A program made the translations under genes and the position numbers. A stretch of 63,919 nt of DNA, counting the filler, from Reticulomyxa filosa (Eukaryota > Protista > Foraminifera), in NCBI GenBank assembly GCA_000512085.1. It is 21 parts of 21 records of this genome, joined end to end, with 100 filler letters (N's around TTAATTAATTAA, not from the genome) between each part and the next. Parts side by side here need not be neighbours in the genome. Positions count along the whole stretch, not along the records: positions 21,494 to 40,603 come from ASPP01012889.1; 20 more parts are not named here. The stretch is one strand, 5' to 3'. The notes below the pieces were generated by a model, which worked only from the letters and a program-made list of their open reading frames with translations, had not been told where the DNA came from and did not search any database. Of this stretch, positions 24,907 through 37,100 are shown in pieces (within the stretch, counting starts at the first letter, position 1; every line of letters starts with the position of its first letter).

Positions 24907-25937
24907 TTATAATTTGGAGGGAATTGGACCAACTTCACGAACAAACGGCAAGAGTTCAGGGAAGATGGAGACATAGCCGAGCCACCATTTGGGTATGTAA
25001 GTTAAAAGTAGAAGAGCGAGTTTGGAATTTGCACGCAAGCGTTGGACATATTCTGCGGTGTATCCATAATCAGTTTGCAATTGTCGATACGCATCCTCCA
25101 TGTTTTTGATTTTGTCATGTCCCCCGTCAAACTCGAATGTGCTATAGTCGAAGACCGAGTACGGGAACGTTTCTTTTGCCGACATGGACGCAATGTGACG
25201 TACCGTCGGGCTTGAGGCGACCACGTACCCCTTCTCATACCCCATGTACTCCACTGCATATAATTTCAAAAAGGTCAGTACATATCCCAACTTTTTGGCA
25301 AGAAATGCGGGATCTACTGCCACTACTTCATTATATCGAATTTGACCATATTTGATATCACTTTTTTTTTTTTTTTTTTTTTTTACAAAAAAAAAATACG
25401 TATACTAAAGAAAAAAAATGAAAGAAAAAAAAAAAACTTTAATGGTTTCAAGTCTTTAGAAAAATAAGTTGCAAGTTCGGGAAAACTTAAAATAGCTTTG
25501 GCCACAATCTGTTTGCGCAAGGAGTGAACAAGATGTGCTGCAAGTGTGTCGCTGTTGCTGCTCTCTTGCTCGACTTGCTCGTGCTCTAAAATATCACGGG
25601 TGATAGCAACACCGACCACTCGATTGGTGGTGCGCTCCAGAACCACCATGGAGGTACCCATGCTGATAGCAAACTTGACCAACGGGCGGAATCGTAACAG
25701 GTTGTCCTCGGAGGATACATGCAAACATGTGTGATTTGTTGCGTTGCCGTACATGCTGAACTGGAAACATAGCAGTGACACTGCCTGCTTGTAGTGGCAT
25801 TCCGAAAGCACTTCGAACTTTAAATTATCAATCTTATTTTTCTTCAGGAATGCCTTCCAAGATACAGACGCTTCCACTTTGTCCACAAACTCTCGAAACA
25901 ACTTCTTATGTTCTTGTCGTTTATTCAGAACTTCCAT
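24907..25937 (-). CDS. GNAT-family N-acetyltransferase (AANAT-like), intron 25361-25437
   Basis: SMVVLERTTNRVVGVAI strand and motif-A-like VAVDPAFLAKKLGYVL. The GT-AG intron joins PL-N-DIKYGQ in frame. Confidence 0.6.
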
Positions 25938-28900
25938 TGAAATAAATAATAATTGTAGAGTACGCAAAGCTCTCAAAATTCGAAAAGGATTTGCTTTTTG
26001 TGCTGTGCTTTGATTACCTACTTTGACGAACTATTAAGGCTTTTTTGAAAAAGGACTTACGTGTAAAACTCGTTTTTGGACAACACAAAATAAATATTAT
26101 GTTCCCTAGAAAGAATTTTGTACGTTGGATTGAATTTAATTGGAGAACAAGTTTTTTGAATTTTATTATGTAATAAAGAAAACTATTTCAAAAAAAATAT
26201 ATATGGTTTTGGATATTCCAGACTACTTTTGCTTAATGATTATAAAAGAAGAATTGATTAATGATGTAATATCGCGATGGGCGAGAGTTTTGAAAAGAGC
26301 AGGTTGGGTAATAGTAGGTGCGACAACTTAGAAACTTGTTGGACTAAAGCAACCAAACTGTTGCAATACCAAAGAAAATTTTGATTATATGTCAATTATG
26401 CTTGTCATTTGACTAGACCAAAGATGTGATATACATTTATGTTCACTTGGTGCATTTTTCGAGTTCATATCAACTTTCTTTCCAGCTGTGTTTTGCTTCG
26501 CATTTATCTTTTCTCAAATCAACCACTCTTGCATTTTATGCAAAAAATAAAATGTTGTCAAACCATAAAAAACAATATTTATTGATACTGTGATTTTTTA
26601 TTAGAAAAAGTATGAAAACCTCGGAAAAAAAAAGTGTATATCATGTACACATTATGTGATATATATAATGATCATTTTTAATATTTATTTTAGAACAAAA
26701 ATTTTGAATAAAATAATTTGTTAATGAATATTGGCTCCTTCAAAAATAATTATATATGAATTAAATTTGATTATCATAACAACGTAAATATAAATTCAAA
26801 ATATCAATTGTAAATTATAAATAAATGTGTCATTTCATTAACAAATAAAATATTTTTTTCGTTTTTGTCAAGTATTTGCACATCGTTAAATGCTTGATTT
26901 GTGTCATCTTTGCAAAAAAAATTGTGGTCCAGAAATTAGCACATGAATGACACATTTTTAAAAGTTGTAAATATAATGGTCTGGAAATCATATTTATTTA
27001 ATCAATTTTATAAGTATCATTTGATGGGTATTATATTGTTGGAAAGAGTTTGATATCTCTATTGTAAAATTTGCAACGAACTATTGTTCAAAGTTAGCGA
27101 GCTTCACGCTTCCGGCAGTCAAGGGAACTCAAAGTGTTTTTTACTTTCTTTGCAAGAAATAGCATTTATCTATGCACCGTTGCGTCTGACGAAATGTCTT
27201 GCTAACGTTTTCGTTGGCTGCTTTTATTTTGCTGTTGCTCAAAGTGACTGTGTAACAAGTGTACACAAGCGTTTGAGGAAAAAATTGTTCAGACGAAATA
27301 ATACCTTTTGCTTCTACTTATCAGGAGCATCTCCTCATCAGCTAATATTTAAAATCGAAGAAATTAAAAACAGTCTCCGAATGCCTGTAATAAAAACGTT
27401 TCTAAAGGATTGAACGTTTTTATTAATTTGATTCTTTTTTAAATGAGAAACACTTATTACCATTAATCTCGTTCAATAATGGTGTGTACAATATCATCAC
27501 AGTTTCGCTGCCAATCAAAAAGAGGATTTCCTTTTCACTCCGATTTTATTGAGAAACTCCGATTTTTCCGGAGTGGAAAATTGGACAAAAAGCATATTTT
27601 AGAAACATTAATAAAATATCGTTACTGCAAGTAGCGAGATTCAACTTTTTGATAAACAAATCAGTTCATACAAATTTTACACGTTACATAATTTTTTCCA
27701 ATAATTAAAAGCATATGAAAACGTTTATATCTTTTTAGAAACGCAGGAAAGTGATTGAATCTATTAAGATTAACAAAGATTATAAACGAAAGTGATAGAA
27801 ACATCACTTTATACGTTTTTATCCAATCTTCAAATTACAGTTTGTGTTAGTCCGAAAATCCGTAGTAAAGAAATAATGAAAAACGATAAACTCTTGAGTC
27901 CATGTGTATACATTTCTCAATATTTTATTTGGTTTGAAAACTCTTTCATTTTGTTTTAAGCATAGGATAATTCAATAATTTTTTCGCTCCACTTCCATGA
28001 AAAAGTTTTGTTTATTGGTAATTGACTATGTAAGTTGAATATCAAATTAGAGTGTATATAAGGTTTTGCTACGATTCTCAAATGCATTGTTGTTAACTTC
28101 TTTTGATAATCACTTATCGCAGTAAATCAATTCATTTACCGAACAGACTAGAAGTAATCAAATACGTTTCTTGTTTCAATTATGAAAAGATACAATCTCT
28201 TCGAAAGTGCGAAAATCCAAAATCCATTTATTGTGTCTGATTTTGAAATTCTTTTATAAAGATATTTTACAATTTTCTGGAAAAAAAAGTGTATTACATA
28301 CACTATTGTTATTATATCTCGAATGTTTTTTATTGGAGACCTAACAATTTGACAACAATAAATCATTTTTCAATCATTTGAATGATTCACAAATGCAAAA
28401 AGAACTAATGTAAATTTATATTTAAAAAATAAGATATTTTGATCATATAAAATGAACATTTGCTAATTTCTGGTTATTCCATCGTTTCTAACTTCTTTAA
28501 ATGAACAAAAATTATATTTTATAAACTTTTTTATGGTTTAGAAAAGAGCACATGTATGCCACATTTTTTACAAATTACTTTTCTATTAGAACAAACAAAT
28601 TATCATTATTTAATTAGAAATGATAAAAGCAGTAGCAATTCAATCCGATTTGTTGATGAAACAGTATCAGCAAGAGCTAATAAGACAATCAAAACATAAA
28701 AAAATATTAAAACATAGATTTGATAGAAAAATAACAGAAAACGCTGGATTTGTAGATAATAGTTAAAAGTAAGAATATTGTGCTTGCATAATGACAGTCT
28801 TTAAGAAAATACCAAATACGAATGAAACCTTTTGACTGACCAAAATTATAACGAAAGAACTTTCAATAAAAAGTTTCAAAAGCATTACGGATCCGAAATT

Positions 28901-29914
28901 TAAGTATTAAATTATGATGAACCAGCGATTTCGATAAACTGGTTACCAAATACGTTAAGTTATCTTTTATTTGATAAATATTTACTGCATTTTTAATACA
29001 TATAAAAACAAAGTAGAAATATAGACAAATGATGAGAAAGAAAAAGATTATCAATTGATGATAGAAGAACAAAGAATTAATATTGAAAATATAAATAAAG
29101 AATTGTAATTAATGAAAAATAATATTAATATTACAAGATTGAAAGTTAAATATAATTTAATTATTTATTTGTTTATGAAAGAGTTTTGATATAAAAATAG
29201 TTTAAAAAACAGAAAAAAAGGAAATAATTAATTATTGGATACGTTTGATATTAATACATAAAATTGTGTGTATGCAATAATTCAATAACAAATCATCATA
29301 ATAAATACAATCAAAAGATAAACTCGTACCTGATGATGTAAGTAGAAAAAATATTTGAATTTTTTTCAGATCAAGATGAATATTCCCAAAGTGGCTGTCA
29401 GAAACCAATTAACAGTGTTAGAATTAGCATTTAAAGGACTTGGAACAGATTGTTTAAAAACAGAAAATAGAATAATAAAAAATAACATATGAACAGATTT
29501 AAAGGTACAAAAATTTCCGTGATGGAAATAATCTCTAGTGTCTTTGTTATTATTGAAAAACACATTTTATAGATTTTAAAGACGTACACTGAAATTATTA
29601 GAAATTTTAAATCAAATGCAAGCAATTCTAAAATTAAAAAAGATACACATACGTGGCATCAGTTGCAAAAGTAATAAGCACGTACATGAAACGAACATCT
29701 AAAATTTTTTCACTCCAAAAAAAATTTTATGATTTTTTTTTGGAAAACGTCATTCTTCAATTTATACATTTTTTATACTAACTCAAAACTTTTAACATTT
29801 GTAAGCATACAAATATTTTCTTCCTACAAATTTCATCTGCCAGCTGGACAAATTGCTGATAGATAATTTTAAAAAACAATGAACATTCTACTAAAAAGAA
29901 TGGACTGGACGACA

Positions 29915-30277
29915 TTAACATAGTTTTTCTAGTTCATCACTCAGTTTTTCAATGGCATAAACGGCACCAATCCTAAAGCCTACTTCAAGTATTTTTTTGA
30001 TCTTTACATTCTTATCAGCAGGAGGATTTTCGGCTACGATACTTGTTTTCCACACAATTTCTTCAGACCGGAGGTTTTTTAAATTACGAAAGTCTTGCAG
30101 TATATGCATCTTATTCCCGTCAATCCCAATCACTTTACTACCAATACATTTAGCTACTACAGGAATAAAATCAAATAATATTGTGGATTCAATTGTTTGT
30201 TCACCTTCTGCTGGCTTGGATCCCAATAGCAATAGCAACAAGAATACCAATACGAGCCAACGCAAATAAAATACCAT
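29915..30277 (-). CDS. Small putative secreted protein (~120 aa)
   Basis: MVFYLRWLVLVFLLLLLLGSKPAEG looks like a signal peptide. Open ORF in an otherwise AT-rich non-coding region. Confidence 0.5.
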   Translation of the reverse strand: MVFYLRWLVLVFLLLLLLGSKPAEGEQTIESTILFDFIPVVAKCIGSKVIGIDGNKMHILQDFRNLKNLRSEEIVWKTSIVAENPPADKNVKIKKILEVGFRIGAVYAIEKLSDELEKLC

Positions 30278-30793
30278 TTTCTTTTCTGTCAACCCTTAAA
30301 CAAGTCAAATTTGTTAAGCACAATGAAAGTAGACAGCTTGAGTAACGACAGCCCTTTTCGAATGAACTTTTTTCTTAAAGTTTTAAAAAAAATTTGGTTA
30401 ACAAAAGTGACTAAATAAAAGTGTGATATTAATTTACGGTATGGTGATCTTCCTACAAAAAAAGAAGAAATTGTAGTTTTACAATATCTACAAGTTTAGT
30501 TTTTTATCATCATTCATTTGCAAACCACAACACCATTTGTATCCTTTGAAAACCATCCGGAGATTATTTTATCAGTATTAGAGCGTTCCCAAACTATGGT
30601 TTGTGCGATCTTATGCCCATAGTGATGCCATGCGTACGGTACGACCAACACACAGATTCTTTTTGAAAAAAAAATTGATTTGTTTTCTAGAGCACTCAAA
30701 AAGGTTTTTGCGTTTTTTAATTTGTTCGAAAAGACAGCTTTTTGTGCAATCCCTTTTTAAAAAACTGCTTAAGATATTCTCAACATTAACAAC

Positions 30794-33642
30794 ATGAGCA
30801 ATCAAACCTTTCAAATTTTGAAAGATTTGCCTACTCCACTTTTTCAAACTCAATGTGTGCTACACAAACACGAACTGCTGATTTGCGGCTATACAAATAA
30901 CCGACGCTGTTTTTCTTATCATATACTAAAAAACGAATACAAGCCTATCTGTGAGTATCCAAGTGATGTTTGTTTAGATGGACATTGTGTAGTGAAACTG
31001 ATAGATAACAACAATAGCAACAAAAGCAGCAATGAAATCACTTTGCTGTCTTTTGGTGGAAGTGAGCATACAAAAAGACATACATTGATGATGAAATATG
31101 TAAGTGTCTGGAGTAATAATAATGAAATGGATAAATCAAAGAAATTAAAGAAATCAAATAACTGCAATCAATGGATGCCTCTCAATAATGAAGAGTATCC
31201 AATTCACTTTGGAAGATATGTAGATGATTATATTGGAGTGCGTGCAGTGATTGGTGGAAGCGATAAAAATTTGTTATTTATCACTTTTTCAAAGAACATT
31301 AATGTGTTTGATTTGAATACATTTAAACTTATTAAACAAGATTATTTACCAATTGGCTATCCTATCCGTTGTCATTGCTTTGTATTAAAGTCAGAAAATG
31401 GACAAGAGATGATAAAAATGAATGAAGAAGAAAATAATATTAAAAAGAAAAAAAATCATGAAATGTTATTGTTTTGTGAAAAGACAGGATTATCAATTGA
31501 ATATGATGAAGATAATAACACATTTCAATTTCATCAACTACCTGTCCATAATGATATTGCATCACTAAATTTTTATGCATATGTGTGTATCAATGATGTT
31601 ATCTTATTCTTTGGTGGATTGAATATTAGCAATAGTATTGCTTCAAAATCAGTACACAAGTATTCGATTCAAGAAAACAAATGGACGATATTTCAAAACG
31701 CTTTACCTTGTCCATTATTTGATTGTGTTGCAATATTGAGTGAAGATAATACATATATGCATATTATTGGAGGAATGAATGAAACAAATCAGTGCATGTC
31801 AATGCATATGAAAACGAAAGTGAGTGAATGGTCGAGTGAAGAAGAAATGAAACAAGAAAATAAATTGAAAATAGAAGAAGAAAAAGAAGAAAAAAAAGAA
31901 GAGGATAAAAATAATAAAATTGTAAAAAAAAAGTATAATAAACAAGATAAAATGAACAAACAGATTACTGTTGAGTTTTTTACTTTTTCTGTTGTGACAA
32001 TGTTTTTTTAGAAAGATCAATTTATAACATTGTACAAATGAAAATAAGAAAAAAGAAGAAAAGAAGAAATGGATGAAATGGTGGAAAGAAAAAAATGAAA
32101 AAGATAAAGAAGAAATGATTACAAAATTTGAGCAATTATCAAGTGATGATTTCGGAGAGTGGTTGTTAAATCAAAGTAAATGGAAAAATGATTTAAACAA
32201 TGAAAATATATTTGCAATTGATTTTGCAATTCAAACTTACATTGATTATCATTCCATTGATGATGTTTTGTTTGTATTTTTTATTGTAAAGAGAAAATTA
32301 TTCAAATCCCACTCATTTTTTTTTAAAAAAAAAAATAGGTAACTGAGAAAGAAGTAGAACAAACAAGAAAGAAAATTAATAGTAAAAACAAGGAAATAGG
32401 CATGACAAAAAATAAGGACATAAATGTTAGTATATATATATATTTTTTTTTTATCTGTGATTTGTCATATGCCCACAATCAAACTAAATCCAAGAAGAAA
32501 CTAAAAATTGATGAAATAGTGGAACGAAACAGAACAAAAAGAAAAAGCAGAAATAATTGAAAATTTTAGAATAGTGTCAAAAGGAGGAGAAGTTGATTAA
32601 TTGTTCTCTTTTATTTTTATTTTTATTTTTAATTGAGTTACATCCACAAAACATAAAATAGTTGACAGCATATGTGATAGTGAATGAAAGAAAAATATCG
32701 ATAAAAATGAAAGAATTGACCTTTGAAGAGCTTCTTCATCAAATTCATACTTATCTGAAATTGGAACATTTCCAAATGGACAACAATTTTTTAAAAATTC
32801 AATTGATTGATATGAAAAATAATATCGTTAAATCTGATGAAGCTGTGAGAAAAGAATTTGAACGTGCCGAACCTTCATTTGGACTACGTTGGAATCCAAT
32901 ACTAATTGAAAAAATAAAACCGATAAAAAATGCATTAGTGGTAATGATTACCATTAGTGAATATTGTGACAACGAGATATGGTGTAATCTTCCAAATGTA
33001 CAAAAGGATGCTGATAACCTCAGACAATTATTTGAACAAGAATTGAAGTATGAATTCGTACATAACAAAGAATTTAAGATGAACAAAGAAGATGTTGCTG
33101 AATTTTTGGAAGATGTAACAATCAAACATGAACTTGCAAAAAATAAAAGAAAATATGACGCATTGACAATAATAATATTAGGACATGGAGATAAAAGAGA
33201 TGCATTAATAACAAGCGAGGGAGCATATTTTCCAATAGATTGCATACGTTCATTATTTAATTGTAGCAAAATGGAGTCTTTGAGAAATTGTCCTAAAATA
33301 TTTATTATTAACACTTGCCATGGCAATACTGTTCCTCAATTTTCAGATCTCATTCAAGCAAAGGGATATGCAACAAAGCAAAGTAATGTGCATTGTGGAT
33401 ACGATTTCTTAACAATACAGTCGATAACAAAAGGATATCAAACAATTAATTTATCATTATTCAATGAAGACATAGAACACACGATCATTTCAAAGTACAA
33501 GATTTGTTACCCTTTAACTCAAATGTTAAATCAAAATATTATGAAAAGAAGTGACAATGAATGGTATTGTGTGCAAAGTAAACATTATGATATTGTCTTT
33601 CAACAAAGAAATACATCTTTAGAACTAATTGACGTATTGTGA
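30794..33642 (+). CDS. Kelch-like beta-propeller + caspase-like (Peptidase C14) protein, multi-exon, possibly decaying
   Basis: Kelch-type repeats (ELLICG, LLSFGG, RAVIGG, ILFFGG, MHIIGG). Last exon 32662-33642 has NALVVMITISEY, IILGHG and CPKIFIINTCHG (His/Cys dyad). A putative internal exon has TAG at 32517. Confidence 0.75.
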
Positions 33643-34193
33643 GACTTTTTTTCATATGTTGAATACATTTAATAGATTTAATCGACTTTTGTTATGCACA
33701 AAGTACTTCTTGTGTTCCTCAGTTCGTGTATCGAATAAAAAAAACAAAATAAAGCAAACTATTTCTTCTGAATTGCAAAAAAAAAAACGAAGGGATAATC
33801 ACAAAACAACGTAATCTTTCTTGAGAAAAAAAGGATTTTTATAAACAATGGATCTTTAATAGCGTTGACGTCTTTGAAACTTGAAAACTAAAATAACACT
33901 ACCATTTTTTTTCAACGGTAAGAAATATTCAACATATCTGTCATTATGCTTGTTTCCATAATTACGACAGAATAGTCTTTTAATTTTATTTCTCTTATGT
34001 TCATTAACTTCTAACAATCATTAAAAAAATTAAGCAAAGCAACAGTGGATTACATACATGTTCGCACTAAACAAAATCGATCAATGGTATTATAAGAAAA
34101 ACTGAAAAAAAAAAAAAGAATAAATAATTGTACATCCAAAAAATATTGAAAAGATCATTGATGCGTTCACTTTCTAGAATTCCTACTGTTTTT

Positions 34194-37100
34194 TTATTTT
34201 AGATTAGCGAACAAAGAACTCTTTGCTTCTTGTTTAAGAAACCATTCATAAATGACTTCACCCGTACGGATGCAATATCCAACATTGTGATTTCGCAAAT
34301 AACAATTTTCTGTGTCAATTTGAGCTGGAAGATAAGACCATTTTTTTGCAATCTCTGGAAACTCTCCCTCACGAGGAGAGTTGTTATGTTGAGACTTTTC
34401 ATTTCCACAGTATAAATGTTGCATACTTTTTTCACATTCATTATCTCTCAATTTGACCGCTTTTTTGATATAATCTTTTAGCCACATCTTATTTTGATTG
34501 ATATTGGAACTATTCAATTGAAAATATGCAAGTAAATATGGCTGTACCTCATTATCATTATTTTGGGATGAGATGTATTTGGTGGAATTGCCACCATCAA
34601 TTGATTATCCACTCGCACCAAAATAGAGTCAGATGTTTTACACAGACTTAAATATATCGTATGACCAAAAAAACCAACCACCAAACTTATTTCAGAACAT
34701 TCATTAGATGATCCTGATTTTAAGCTCATTAAACGATCCACCACATTGCAACTCCAAATATCAATTAATTCAGAATATTCTTCTTGCAATTTTACAGCTG
34801 TAACGTAGTCCCAATATGTTGTCAATTGCACTTGCAATTCTTTCACACCTTTTTCATATACTTGTTCAAAAGTTGTTTTCTTTGGTAATTCGATGTGCCC
34901 TCTTTTATCTCGTTTTAATCGAACACATATTTCAAACAACAAAAATATTCGATACTTAAGAAATAGGCTTGGATGCCATCCTTCATCAAATCTCTTTTTT
35001 TTGGACCTTTCAAATTTAATTGATTTAATATCTCTACTGGCTGCCCAATATAATGAGTTATTTTCGTGCAATATCTCCTCTAAGTTTTTCTGAGTCTCTC
35101 CCAACAAGAATGCAGCACCTTCTTGTAACAATATTTCATAATCTTTTTCATTAATATCTTTTTCGATACCATCTTCATCAATTAATTTGTCTTTGACATA
35201 ATCAATGGCATATTCAATTTGTTCCATTGGATACACGGTTCGACGTTTCAATAAGAATTCGCATATGCTTCTTATTTCGTTTACTTTATCCTCCTTTTTC
35301 TGTTGTATGATACATTCAAGAGGTGTTTTTGCATCGAAGACACCTCCTCTAATATCAATCCTTGCACCTTGTGTAAGACAATAACGGACGATATTCCAAT
35401 GTTTATTTTGTATTGCCAAAAGCAAAAGTGAGTATCCATCTTTGTTAAATACGTCATTGATATCAATATAATGATGTTCCAATATAAACATTAGTCGTGG
35501 CATATTTCCTGATTGGACTGCTTCACAAACAAAATCGTTATAACTTTTGCGTTTTTCTGAGTTAGGAAAAGTGCTAGAATGAGGCTGTGGAATATTATCA
35601 AAAGATTCCCATTTTTGCTCTGTTGGAAATTTCCATTCGCTTGACTGATTTCTACAACAATCGTTCATCACTTTGAAATCATCAGAATTAATAATAATAT
35701 TGTCATCATGAAAATCGAATTGAATACAAGGACTATATATCAAAAGACCAAATGCTAATGCCTCCATGTCAATATCTTCTGTGGCTTTGTTTTTATTCAA
35801 GCACTTCCATTTCTTATTCTTTTTTTCCTTTCTCTTGTGTTCTTTTAACGATTTCATTACAACACGTTTCCACAAATCATCTGAAAATTCTGATAATAAC
35901 TCTCTCATAATCGAAGGTACATCCCCGTGGCTGCTTTTCAATATTTGCAAAACTTTTGTCACGAATGCACATAATTGTTTATCACTCAATTTGTTTGCAA
36001 GTGTTCCAAGTGTTTCTGTACAGAAAGAACAAACTTTATCATTTGTAGCATTGAGTCCATCAATCAAATGTGTAAACATTGTATTCAATTGTATTTTTTC
36101 TAATTTCAATGATATTGTTTGAAGAGTGATTTTGCATGAATTACTAATCTTGCTATCTTCATCATTGAGTCCATTGATTAAACATTTCAATGCATCAGCG
36201 AGCTGGTTTTTTTTCAATTTGCCTACATATTCCGGAAGTACTCCGACACAACAAAAAAAGGTAGATCCATCTTTATCTTTGAGTCCATTAAGCAACTCCT
36301 TGACAGTGTCGTTGAGTTGCTTTTTTTTAAAATTTGTAAGAGTCTTTTCAAGTAATTGTTCCGACGGCACATAAACACGAGTACTTTCATTTTTTTTTAA
36401 TTGCTTGAGCGTGTGCGCACATTGTTTGTGAACAAATGTATTATTTTTTTTATTATGTAAGCAATCTACCAAAGCATGTAAAGCATTTTTCAATTGTGTT
36501 TGATTTATGTTTATTGCCATTGCCATTTGTCCGAGAGATTCAGCACACGACATACGAACCAAATTATCTTTAGTATGTTTGAATTTTTTCAAAATATTTT
36601 TAAAAGCAATGTCTAATTGTTCTTGTTTCAATTTCTGTGCAAGATTTCCAATTGATAATGCACATGAATACTGAACATTTCCGTCTTTATCATTGAGTCC
36701 ATTCATCAGATATTCAAAAGCAACATCCACTTGTTTTTCATTTATTTGCAATTGTGCTAATAAGATTTGTCGAATTGCTTGTGCAAATGAATAACGAACA
36801 CGTTTTTTTTTCTCAGTGGGTGCTTTCATCATCGTCATCAAACACATAAAGAGATCTTCCAATTGTATTTGATTTAGTTTTGTTGATATTGCTATTAGCA
36901 AATCAACACATACTTGACGAACTTGCTGACTGTCATTATTCAAAATATCCATTAATTTTTTGAAAGCATTATTCAATTGTCCTTGATCCAGTTGAATGAT
37001 AATCTTTTTAAGTGATCCCGCACATGACCAATGAATTACATGATTTTGATCTTTGATTAATCTTTCCAACAAGTATTCAAAAGCACGATCCAATTGTCCT

